Below, in pieces: positions 1 through 9,800 of a DNA stretch of 64,000 nt. Below the pieces are notes generated by a model. The model did no database searches. It saw only the letters and a list, made by a program, of their open reading frames with translations, and was not told the DNA's origin. The position numbers and the translations under genes were made by a program. Each line of letters begins with the position of its first letter. Position 1 is the stretch's first letter. Source of the DNA: a virus; the IMG/VR virus record IMGVR_UViG_3300018080_000138, positions 1 to 64,000 of that record; one strand, written 5' to 3'.

Positions 1-1
1 A

Positions 2-325
2 GGCACAGATAATATTATTATAGGGCATGATGAAGATCCCCCACTTGCTACAACCTCTAACCATTTAAATATTGGTGGTACGATTTATGGTGACTTGTCT
101 ACAGATAAGGTAGGAATAGGAGTTGTTGCTCCAAATGAAAGTCTGGAAGCAGCAGGAAAAATAAGATCAAACAGTGTGTTTAATGTTAATGGGACGGATG
201 GTATCTCAGGGACGTTAACATTGGATGATGGTGCAAACTGGAGAATCACACTAACATTTTTAGGCGGTATATTGACAGGACAAACAACAGGTGTTAGTGC
301 TGGAGCATTGGCACAATGGGTATAA
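2..325 (+). CDS. 3' part of a virion fibre/decoration-like protein (truncated by window start)
   Basis: Frame is open from base 2 to TAA 325. Gly/Thr-rich beta-repeat segments (NIIIGHD, LNIGGTIYGD, KVGIGVVAP) are typical of phage fibres. Confidence 0.55.
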   Translation, partial: GTDNIIIGHDEDPPLATTSNHLNIGGTIYGDLSTDKVGIGVVAPNESLEAAGKIRSNSVFNVNGTDGISGTLTLDDGANWRITLTFLGGILTGQTTGVSAGALAQWV

Positions 326-347
326 TTTATATATAAGGAGAATAAAG

Positions 348-623
348 GTGACAGTAAAAACAAAAAAATTAAAAAAGGATAGAACAGATAACGCAACCAC
401 ATATTTAGAACAAGAAGAGATCAATGAAATAGCAGAACATATTCTTACTGAGAAGGAAAAAGCAAGGGAAATATTGATAGCGGAATGTAAGAAAGATGAA
501 GAAAAATGTTCAAAAGGTATTGAGGCTGTTTTAAAAGAGTGTAATTGCAGACTTGATATAGGTATGATGATTTTCGCCGGAAGAAATGAACCTATTATGA
601 GGGTTGTGTCCAATGGCATATAA
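348..623 (+). CDS. hypothetical protein
   Basis: AAGGAG RBS before GTG at 348; charged helical protein. Confidence 0.6.
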   Translation: MTVKTKKLKKDRTDNATTYLEQEEINEIAEHILTEKEKAREILIAECKKDEEKCSKGIEAVLKECNCRLDIGMMIFAGRNEPIMRVVSNGI

Positions 624-789
624 TTGCTTTGCAGATAGGTCTTCTGCAAAATTTGCACAAAGAAGTTATAATTTATGGTATAAGTGTCAATTTATCCATG
701 AGTGTTTTGATATTAATTTGGCGGATGATGAATTGGACAGTATTTTAGTAGACGATAATTTATCCGTAATAATTGGGGAGGTCTGTTAA
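613..789 (+). CDS. small hypothetical protein
   Basis: ATG 613 overlaps the previous gene and the ORF fills the gap to the next gene. Confidence 0.4.
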   Translation: MAYNCFADRSSAKFAQRSYNLWYKCQFIHECFDINLADDELDSILVDDNLSVIIGEVC

Positions 790-790
790 A

Positions 791-1123
791 ATGCCCCTTA
801 CGAATTTTTATGTTGGGGAATCAAAAGATTTTTCAGTGACAATAACTTATAATGGTGCTACACCAAATATCACAGCCGATACAATTAGATGGATTGTTAA
901 GGAGAATAGATCCGATCTTGATACAAGTGCAGTAATAAATGTTACGGCAGATTGCGTTACTAATGGTGCTAATGGTGTTGCATATGTCAATGTAACGCCT
1001 GCGGAAACTGATATTACACCAGGGAATTATTATTGGGAATTGGTATGGAATTTGGCAACTGGGAAAGAGTTTGTACTTGAGCAGGATAAAATAGTGCTGT
1101 ATGAGCGCGTGGAGGACGTATGA
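791..1123 (+). CDS. BppU N-terminal-like virion structural protein
   Basis: GGGGAGG RBS; pattern GESKDFSVTI...VTPAET...PGNYYWEL resembles BppU-N/Ig-like domains. Confidence 0.55.
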   Translation: MPLTNFYVGESKDFSVTITYNGATPNITADTIRWIVKENRSDLDTSAVINVTADCVTNGANGVAYVNVTPAETDITPGNYYWELVWNLATGKEFVLEQDKIVLYERVEDV

Positions 1124-1770
1124 ATTATGTAACACTTACACAGATAACTAAGAGATGGACACCACCTGATGGTTTTTCAGATTCAGACATAGAAGAGTAT
1201 GCCGTATTGGCGGAGGAAATGATTGAAAAGTTTACAAATGATAAATTTAGAATTGTTTCCGATACATTAGAAGTTGATGGTAGTGGTAGTAGTATGCTTA
1301 ATATAAGTAAGTATACAAGTTTGCAAATATTGTCCATAACACAGATAAAGTATATTTCCGATACTTATGATGAAGTGATAGATAGTTCATATTATGAAGT
1401 GTATAAAAGGTTTATTAAGTTGGATGAATCATTAGAAATAAGAGGATATCCTTATTTATCCACAGGAAATTGGGTAAAGGGGTCGAAAAATTATGAAGTT
1501 ACTGGAACATTTGGATGGTCATCTACACCAGCACTTATTACAAGGGCAGCGATTTTATTGGCAAGGAAGTTAATAGATAATGATGATCCTGAGTCAGCAG
1601 GTGGGGCATTAAGTCCTTTAATGAAGTCAGAAAAGATTGGTGATTATTCATACACTAAGGATGATGGTGGTGACTTTGGAAAAAACTTACAATCATTTAC
1701 TGGAGACATTGAGATAGATAGTATTTTAAGTTCATATATAAATAAAATTCCATATGTTGGAGCAGTATAA
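1120..1770 (+). CDS. head-tail adaptor (SPP1 gp15/HK97 gp6-like)
   Basis: N-terminal YVTL motif, GTFGW...P..I..A, KSEKIGDYSYT; position at the start of the neck module. Confidence 0.8.
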   Translation: MNYVTLTQITKRWTPPDGFSDSDIEEYAVLAEEMIEKFTNDKFRIVSDTLEVDGSGSSMLNISKYTSLQILSITQIKYISDTYDEVIDSSYYEVYKRFIKLDESLEIRGYPYLSTGNWVKGSKNYEVTGTFGWSSTPALITRAAILLARKLIDNDDPESAGGALSPLMKSEKIGDYSYTKDDGGDFGKNLQSFTGDIEIDSILSSYINKIPYVGAV

Positions 1771-2114
1771 TGTCTTTAAATGGAATGCTAAATGGAAGGG
1801 TGGATTTGTATAGAAGGACAAAAACTGCAGATGGTAGCGGTGGATTTACAGAAGTATGGAATATAGTAAAAAGAAAAATACCTGTTAGAGTTTGGAGGAC
1901 TGGTGAGAGAAGAACACATCTTCCATCGGGTGATAGTATTTCAGCAAGAAGGAAGATGGTTTCCAGAAAAAGTTCAAGTATATTAGTTGGTGATCGAGTG
2001 TACTATGAGAGTCAGTACTTTTTAGTTGTTGACAGATATTCAGTATCTGGATATAATTCTCAAAATCATTATGAGTATGTACTTGAGATGATTCCAAGAC
2101 AAATGGATGTATAA
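1770..2114 (+). CDS. head closure/stopper protein (SPP1 gp16-like)
   Basis: DGSGGFTEVW motif, GDRV; synteny. Confidence 0.8.
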   Translation: MSLNGMLNGRVDLYRRTKTADGSGGFTEVWNIVKRKIPVRVWRTGERRTHLPSGDSISARRKMVSRKSSSILVGDRVYYESQYFLVVDRYSVSGYNSQNHYEYVLEMIPRQMDV

Positions 2115-2479
2115 TGAGCAAATTTATTACTGTAGATTTTAATGAAGAAGAAGTAGACAAGGCATTTAATAAATTAACAGATATTGAGAAGGATATTATA
2201 ACTATTTGTGAGACATGTTCTATGATAGTTGTTACTGAAGCAAAACGAATAATAACAGAGAAGGGACATATAGTTACAGGAAATTTAAGAAGATCGATTA
2301 TAGGAGTTGTTGAGTCAATCGCAATAGATATTATCTTAGGTAAAATAGGTAGTCATTTAAATTATGCATATTATGTTGAAAGATTACCTGATGGTGGATA
2401 TTTATTTGAGGCATTGGAAAATAAATTTGATAATCTTGTTAAGTGTTTATCTAATAAAATAGCGGAGAGGATAGTATAG
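2114..2479 (+). CDS. HK97 gp10-like neck/tail completion protein
   Basis: VTGNLRRSI and YAYYVE motifs; synteny. Confidence 0.8.
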   Translation: MSKFITVDFNEEEVDKAFNKLTDIEKDIITICETCSMIVVTEAKRIITEKGHIVTGNLRRSIIGVVESIAIDIILGKIGSHLNYAYYVERLPDGGYLFEALENKFDNLVKCLSNKIAERIV

Positions 2480-2913
2480 TGTCTCACACTACAAGTATAT
2501 GGAAGTTAATCTATGATGAGTTAGTTGGTAATGCAGCATTAGTTGCCGCATTGGGGCATACAAGTAGCAATGAAAAAATAGGGAGAATGTCTAATAAAAA
2601 ACATTTAGGTGACCCATGTGTTGTATATTCGCAAAAATTATCAAATAAATTGGTGGACGAGGATCAAGAAAGAATAATAAGCATAAGAAAAAAATATATA
2701 GAATTGGCATCATTTAGTGAGAATAATGATACTATTGCAGTAGATAACATGGAATTGGTAATGAGTGCATTGGACGGAAAAAATTTAACTGATGGGACGT
2801 ATAAGGTAGTTTTACTGCAATGGGATGGATTTAGTAGTGCCGGATACTATGATGAGAATGAAAAAGCATATAGGATAGATACAAGATTTTTATTAATTAC
2901 AAGAGAGTTATAG
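2479..2913 (+). CDS. tail terminator protein
   Basis: Size and position immediately before the major tail protein. Confidence 0.65.
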   Translation: MSHTTSIWKLIYDELVGNAALVAALGHTSSNEKIGRMSNKKHLGDPCVVYSQKLSNKLVDEDQERIISIRKKYIELASFSENNDTIAVDNMELVMSALDGKNLTDGTYKVVLLQWDGFSSAGYYDENEKAYRIDTRFLLITREL

Positions 2914-2923
2914 GAGAAAAAAG

Positions 2924-3469
2924 ATGTCAAGAGATGATGCTAATAATTTGAATATAGGTAATATTATTATTGGTGCAGGTGAACTTGAAGTTGATGGTGT
3001 AAACGTAGGATTTACACGAGAAGGTGTTAAGTTTTCCTATGAAAGAACTATTTTAGAAGTGGAGGTTGACCAAGATACATCACCTGTAAAACATAAAAGA
3101 ACTGCTTCTGCGATGATTGTATCAACGAATTTGCTTGAGGCAACATTAAATAATATAAAAATTGTATGGGGGATCTCTGGAACTACTACATCACTTGGTG
3201 ATGGTACAACAGAATTAAAGTTTGGTTCGGAGTCTTCTTGTGAAGGTGAGACAGAACATGAGTTATGGTTTAGTGGACCTGGTCCTGATTGTAAAACAAG
3301 GTATGTTGAGATTTACAAGGCATATTCTATGGAAGCCGGTGAACATACATATACAAAAGCAGGTGAAGTAGTAATTCCGGTGGTATTTAAAGTGTTATCA
3401 GATAGAACTAAACCTGTTGGTGAACGCTTTGGTAGAATTCTCGACACAGAAGATGACTGGATAGATTAA
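2924..3469 (+). CDS. major tail tube protein
   Basis: GAGEL..DG.NVGFTREGV and LLEATLNN motifs; strong AGGAG RBS; upstream of chaperones and tape measure. Confidence 0.85.
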   Translation: MSRDDANNLNIGNIIIGAGELEVDGVNVGFTREGVKFSYERTILEVEVDQDTSPVKHKRTASAMIVSTNLLEATLNNIKIVWGISGTTTSLGDGTTELKFGSESSCEGETEHELWFSGPGPDCKTRYVEIYKAYSMEAGEHTYTKAGEVVIPVVFKVLSDRTKPVGERFGRILDTEDDWID

Positions 3470-3492
3470 AAAATTAAATTGAGGATGAGAAT

Positions 3493-3762
3493 ATGAAAGT
3501 AGTAGAATATGACACGAGTGATTTTTATTTCTCAGCATATTTAAAATCAGTAGGACTTGACTTGGTTGGATCACGAAAGGCAGAAAATCATAATGGCCTT
3601 GTTTTTACACTGCGTGGTGAGATTCCTGTTGATGCTGAGTCATTATCAGTATTATATTATAGTAAGCAAGCATCTGTCAATGTAAATGCATTCGTGGATG
3701 CGGTAAGATATTTTAAGTCATATATAAATGATGGTGAAGGAAAAAATCAACTACAAGAATAA
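3493..3762 (+). CDS. DUF5659-like small protein
   Basis: TSDFYFSAYL...VFT pattern; GAGG RBS. Confidence 0.5.
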   Translation: MKVVEYDTSDFYFSAYLKSVGLDLVGSRKAENHNGLVFTLRGEIPVDAESLSVLYYSKQASVNVNAFVDAVRYFKSYINDGEGKNQLQE

Positions 3763-3771
3763 GGAGAATAA

Positions 3772-4152
3772 ATGAGTTTAGGATTAGTAAAATTACAGAA
3801 AGAATTAGTATTGGAATCAGGTGAAAAAATAACTTTTATTCCATTAGTATTAGAGGAATATCTTAAGTTTATTGATGATTTTGTAGATATTATAATAGAA
3901 GTACATAAAAAGTATCCTGATTTTGATACAGATAAATTTTCAATAGATGATTTATTATTGGTGAAAGATATTTTACCAAAAATTTTAACGTTATCTGATA
4001 AGGTATTAAAAAAATCTCCTGATTATGCAAAGAAAAATTTTACATTGTTTGACATGACTAATATAATAGATATGTTTTTGGATGTAAATAAATTAAAAGA
4101 AGTATTTGCAAATTTAACGAAAACCAAGGATATCAAAAAGAAAAAGGTATAA
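3772..4152 (+). CDS. tail assembly chaperone (lambda gpG-like)
   Basis: Between major tail and tape measure genes; ends in a slippery Lys run. Confidence 0.75.
   Translation: MSLGLVKLQKELVLESGEKITFIPLVLEEYLKFIDDFVDIIIEVHKKYPDFDTDKFSIDDLLLVKDILPKILTLSDKVLKKSPDYAKKNFTLFDMTNIIDMFLDVNKLKEVFANLTKTKDIKKKKV
4134..4146 (+). other. programmed -1 ribosomal frameshift site (G/GT)
   Basis: C AAA AAG and G AAA AAG in the zero frame; the -1 frame is open from 4131 into ORF 4167-4460. Confidence 0.75.
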
Positions 4153-4166
4153 GTAGTAGAAAAGTA

Positions 4167-4460
4167 ATGGATATCCTTGGTGACTTGGTAGACAAGATTT
4201 TATCTGACTATGCATATACATTAGATCAGTTGATGAAGCAAGTAACACCATACCAATTGATTATGATGTCAAAGGCCATAGATAGAAGACTGGCTAAAAA
4301 TTTAAAGATATTTTCAAATGTTATTAGAATATCAGTATTAGGTAGTAGTGAAAATTTTGATAATCTTCAACTTGCTTTATCAGGTAATGAGATAAAAGAA
4401 ATGGTAAAATTAAGTACAAGTGTCCCAGGTTTTAGTATTATAAAGAAGGAACGAAAATGA
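4167..4460 (+). CDS. tail assembly chaperone, gpT-like frameshift extension
   Basis: In the -1 frame relative to 3772-4152; directly precedes the tape measure gene. Confidence 0.7.
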   Translation: MDILGDLVDKILSDYAYTLDQLMKQVTPYQLIMMSKAIDRRLAKNLKIFSNVIRISVLGSSENFDNLQLALSGNEIKEMVKLSTSVPGFSIIKKERK

Positions 4461-6847
4461 AGATAGCAGATGCGTGGATAAATCTGCAAACAAAAATAGC
4501 AGGCTTTAAACAAAATCTTACCAAAGCAAAGGCATCATGGCGGAATTTTGCAAAAGATATTAATTATAATATTAAAAAGATTGAAAAGAATTCCAAGTAC
4601 CTTAATTTTGCACTTAATAAGATAAAATGGGCATTTATTGGTTTAGGTGCTGGTGTTGGAATACTAACACGTTCGTTTGTTAAGTCATCGGCAGAAATGG
4701 AACGTTACAGTAAAATGTTTACTATTTTGTACGGTGATGCAGATATTGCTGCGAAGAAACTTAGAGATGTTGCGAGGTTTGCTGCACTAACACCATTTGA
4801 ACTACCTGAAGTAATTAATGCCACAAGACTATTAAAAGTTTTTGGTGTTGAGACAGAGGAGACGCTCAGAATAATTGGGGACGCTGCTGCTGCTGTATCG
4901 CAGCCGATAGAAGAAGTTGCATTGTGGTTTGGTAGAATTGCAGCTGGTGATGTTGGTCGTGGATTAATGAGACTTCGTGAGATGGGGTTGATAACAAAAG
5001 AAATGTTAGAAGGGAAAGGGCTTGAGTTTGATAAAGGTGGTGCATATAAGGGGTCTATAAATGTATTAATGGCAGCAATAACAGATATCCTTAAAACTAA
5101 ATTTATGGGCATGATGGATGAAATGTCAACATCATGGGAAGGAATGTTATCAAATCTTAGTGATTTCTGGTTTCAGATAAAGGCAAAAATCGGCGATGTG
5201 ATTTTACCGTATTTAAAAGAAAGGTTAAAAAAATTACTTGATACTTTAGATGAGTGGACGGAAAGTGGGAAGTTGGATAAGTATGTTACTCAAATAGGTG
5301 GAAAAATATTAACTACCTTTCAACTTATTGAGAAAGGTATAAAGACAATAGTAAAATACCGGGTTCAGATAATGGCAGTTGTTAATGGTCTACTGGCTTT
5401 TACTGCTGCATTAAAGATAGGCGCGGTTATCCTTAAATTTACCCTTGCCATAAAGGCAGCTGGAACTGTTTTTGGTGCGTTTACTGCATTAATAGCAAGC
5501 AATCCACTTGGTATTCTTGCAGCAGCAATAGGCGTTGTTGTTGGTGCAATCACAATATTGGTAAATAAATATAGTAGTTGGGGTGAAGTAATTGATTGGT
5601 TATGGCATAAAATAAAATTGTTCTCAGCATATATTATTGCGGATGGCCAAGTGGCCAAACAATATTTTATCTCTCTTGGAAAGACAATAAAAAATAAAAT
5701 GAAAGGTGATTTTCTTGGTGCCTCACGTGAGATGGAAAATTTTAATCAGGTTGCTACACAGAAGCATGCTGATCTTAGATTAAAGATGGCTCAAATAGAT
5801 GCTGACTATCAAACTAAAAAATTTAATAGAGAAATGAAAGCTATTAGTGCGGTACGTACTGAAAAGGATAAGAACATTGCGACTGAAAGAAAATCAATAA
5901 GTGATTTATTTAATACTGAGAATGAAATTACTGATAAAATGATTGAAGCACAGAAGGACGCTGCCAATAAGCGCTATGAAATACTTCATGGTGAGTTTGA
6001 GTCGAGAAAAAGACTTGCATTAGAAGATTATGAAAGAATGCTTAGTTTGGGTGTGGAAAAGCAAACTGCAAATATAATTTTACAGCAAAAACTTAGTGAG
6101 ATAGATAGGGATGAGTCGGCACATAGAATATCTATTGTCGAAGAGGAAGTTGAGAAAAAAATAGAGAAGATGAAGGAACTTGGTATTTTATCTGCCGAGG
6201 ATCAACGGGAAAGATTATTATTACTTAGGGATGAAGTTGAAGAGGGAACAGAGCTTTGGACAATGTATACGGATAAGATAAATGAACTTTCGAGTAAGAT
6301 TAGCAGTGCATGGGATACTGAGTTTGATAAAGCAATAGGAAGAATAACTTCTTCATTATCAAGTTCATTATCGAAAATGCTTAAGAATACACGGACATTT
6401 GCCAGTGGAGTAAAGGCAATTTTTGAGTCATTAAAAAATACAATAATTGATATAATAGCGGACATTGCTGCAAAATGGGCAATATCAGGTATATTGTCGG
6501 CTGCCGGGTTGCCAACTGGAGTTATACCTGGATTTGCTACAGGTGCAGTAGTGTTTAAAAAGACAATGGCAAATGTTGCGGAAAATGAACCTGAGGCTGT
6601 AATTCCATTTAGTAAACTTGCTGCCGCACTTAGAGAAAGTGATATTATGGATCATACAATACCAAGTTTAGGCAGATCAATATCAGGTGAGCAGGCAAAT
6701 ACACCTATGGCGGAGAAAAACGTTAATTTATCAATAATGAATAGTTTTGATGGTGCTGTGATTACAGATGATGATACATTGGATACGTTTTATGAAAAAG
6801 TAATACTTAAGGCGATGCGAAGATATAAAGAAAAGTTATCGGAGTAA
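4457..6847 (+). CDS. tail tape measure protein
   Basis: 796 aa, helical; FAALTPFELPEV and SWEGMLSNLSD tape-measure motifs; C-terminal FATGAVV...AENEPEAVIP. Confidence 0.92.
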   Translation: MKIADAWINLQTKIAGFKQNLTKAKASWRNFAKDINYNIKKIEKNSKYLNFALNKIKWAFIGLGAGVGILTRSFVKSSAEMERYSKMFTILYGDADIAAKKLRDVARFAALTPFELPEVINATRLLKVFGVETEETLRIIGDAAAAVSQPIEEVALWFGRIAAGDVGRGLMRLREMGLITKEMLEGKGLEFDKGGAYKGSINVLMAAITDILKTKFMGMMDEMSTSWEGMLSNLSDFWFQIKAKIGDVILPYLKERLKKLLDTLDEWTESGKLDKYVTQIGGKILTTFQLIEKGIKTIVKYRVQIMAVVNGLLAFTAALKIGAVILKFTLAIKAAGTVFGAFTALIASNPLGILAAAIGVVVGAITILVNKYSSWGEVIDWLWHKIKLFSAYIIADGQVAKQYFISLGKTIKNKMKGDFLGASREMENFNQVATQKHADLRLKMAQIDADYQTKKFNREMKAISAVRTEKDKNIATERKSISDLFNTENEITDKMIEAQKDAANKRYEILHGEFESRKRLALEDYERMLSLGVEKQTANIILQQKLSEIDRDESAHRISIVEEEVEKKIEKMKELGILSAEDQRERLLLLRDEVEEGTELWTMYTDKINELSSKISSAWDTEFDKAIGRITSSLSSSLSKMLKNTRTFASGVKAIFESLKNTIIDIIADIAAKWAISGILSAAGLPTGVIPGFATGAVVFKKTMANVAENEPEAVIPFSKLAAALRESDIMDHTIPSLGRSISGEQANTPMAEKNVNLSIMNSFDGAVITDDDTLDTFYEKVILKAMRRYKEKLSE

Positions 6848-6848
6848 T

Positions 6849-9800
6849 ATGCAAATATTTGAAGATGAAGCTGGACTTCTTGCTGAGCAAAGATCATTGA
6901 GTACAGAATGTTCGTATCGATGTTTTATCTATGAAAGACTTGGTAAGATAGTAGATTATGACGTAGCAGTAGCGGGTATGCAAAATATATATATCGAAGG
7001 CAGATTGGACTCTACACCCCACACTATCAATGTAATAAAAGGTGATTTTTTATTAATAGAATCAAGTAATAGGAGCTTTGAGGACGAATTTTATGTTAAT
7101 GCTAATAGTGGATATCAAGCGGGTGGTGGTAATACATGCATACAAATATCATTAGATAATAAGTATAAGAATGGATTTTTAGATGAGGGTGAAACACACA
7201 ATGCAATTGACGATGATGATTTAAATGGAATTGTGTACAAAAGGTATGAGGTAACAGATAATATTATTAAAAACTCGTTAAGATCTATTAACTATGGAAT
7301 GGATACATCTACATATTGCCGATCAAAGGCAACGGTAACACAATTTGAGTTAAGTAATAAGGATTATTTTTATTGTGATAGAGAGAATGAAAAAGGAATA
7401 TTTTTTTCAAAAATATTTAATTGCTCGGTTACGTCTATAACTGAGGGTGTACCTGACACAAAGGTATATTACTCAGGCTCGAGTTGGAAGGATAATTTAC
7501 AAGGAAGTACATTAGTTCCTATCTCTGGAGATACAATAGATGCTGAATATATGATTTTATCTTCTAATGCAGAATTAAATAGATTAGAAGTATACGGAAC
7601 ATTAGAGTCAGATGGTCTTGAGGTAGGTGATTATTTTACTATTGAGACATATAGAAGAAAATTAGTAAAGATAGTAGCCGGTTATAGAAGTATTGGCTCA
7701 GATTGGTATTTATTATTTGGTGGAATAATTAGAACTGATGGTTTTGTTGTGTCTGATGATAATAGAACAATAAACATTAAATGTTTTGGGCATGCAAAAG
7801 ATCTTGAGAATAATTATGCATATGAGGCTGCCGATGGTAGTTATTTTCATATTTTAAGTGGTGTTACGATTGTTGGATTTAGTGTCTATGGAAATGTTTC
7901 ATATGGTGTAAAGACAATAAATTATTTATTCTCAAATGGAGTCGCCATACCTGGAATAAACCCTATTTATGTTGATAAATGGTTTGGTGGTTCGCGTAAT
8001 AGATTGATTAGATTTAGACCATCTGATGAGTTAAGTTACGATAATGGCCCTTGGGTTACTGTAAGCAACTCAATATATGGAAACGATGGTGCAAACGTAA
8101 AGTATGAGGAAGAAGGTACATATAACTCACTTGAGAGAGCAGGATTAATTTCATTTGATACTGATGAAGATGCAACTATTAAAGAATATGGCGCAGTGGC
8201 ATTATCATTTGATGGTGGAAATGAAGTTGATATAGGATTTTCTAATTTTATAGTTTTATTTTATGATGCAGGAACAGCAACATATACGGATATTACAGGA
8301 ACAATAATTGATAGTGATGGTTACCATATTGATACAATTAGTCAGACAGGTGATGAAATAATAATTTGTTTTAAGTCACAATTTTTTGGTCTTGCGATGA
8401 CATTACTTAGTAAGTCAGATTATGTTGGTGGTGTTGAGTTTAAATACTCAAAAGGTGAGGATTGGTTGGCGTTGGCTGTGACAGATGGGACAGCTGGATG
8501 CACACAGAGTGGTAATATAACATATGATGATCCTGGTGATTGGAAACCATTTTTTCAAGACTTTGGTGGGACAATTGGTGAGGTATCTAATGTTTATGGA
8601 ATTAAAATTAGATCTACATCACCAGGAGGAACAGTAATTCTGGGCATGTTACAACCTTTTATAAAATTATATGGAAAAAGTGGTGTTAATCTTGATGTTA
8701 TTATTAATTATAGAAACCTTCCAAAAAAATCTGTAGAAGATAATGTCATAGTAAGACATGATAGTAATAATAATCCGACGGTGACAAATTGGTACAGTCA
8801 TATAACCGGTGCGTTATTGATTGAGCAACTATGCACTGCTGCTGGGATTGATAGTACTAAAAGAAATATTCCTGATTTAGAAGTTGATCTTGGTAAGTCA
8901 GTAATTTCTTTAATTGGAAGATGTCCAAATCAAAATTATGGCAAGTTACCTTGCTGTTCTTGTTACGATTCTGCGTCGGATACATATTTTTTTGGTGTAG
9001 GTAACGAAGTATGGAAGATGACCAATGAAGGATTTGTATTAATTGGTAAGTTAGATCCTTATGTAGGTGATTCATCGTGGGATACTGAAGTAACTGGCCT
9101 GGTAGATTGGGATAAGGTAACATGGTGTTTGGACATTTGGAAGATGAAAATAGATGGTAATGGTTATTTACAAGGAATTGCAATTTGGCACCCACAAAGA
9201 AGATCGGCAACATATTATAATGAATTTCACGATGATCTTCATGAGTTTGGTAGATCAACACCTTGTATTATATTTAGAAGTACAAATCTAACATCCATTA
9301 CACATCAAACTCAGGCAGATAATCCGGCAGGAAATGGTTGGAGTCAGATAAAAAGTGGTGAGTTATGCCACCGAAGAGGTGTTCAAGCAGATCCAGGTAA
9401 TCCTTGGGCGATAGGAAGGTTGGATTTAGTTTTAGGAATGGGTAGGGGAGAAAATATATGTATACCAATTCCACAATTTATTAATAAGCTGGAATGGCCT
9501 GGTGGTTTTGATACTGATGATAATTACTTAGGAAATGCTAAAGATATTGAGCAAGAAAGAATTACTACACAGTGTGAGGCTGACTCAATTTTACGATACC
9601 ATAGTGGTACAAAATGGTTAGTATATTATAAGTATGCGGGGGGAATTTATCCGGATGACCCACCTCCAGATGACGATGTTGGTTTTCCATTTACCCTTGG
9701 GCAGGCTGGATTAATGATATGGGATGAAGTAAATGATAGATGGATTACAGTTATAAATACAGAGGAAATTTTATATGGTATTGGTGCGGTATCAGTAACA

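Noticed and set aside
613-629. TGGCATATAATTGC as a sigma54 promoter
   Set aside because: GG-GC spacing is 9, not 10, and it lies within coding sequence.
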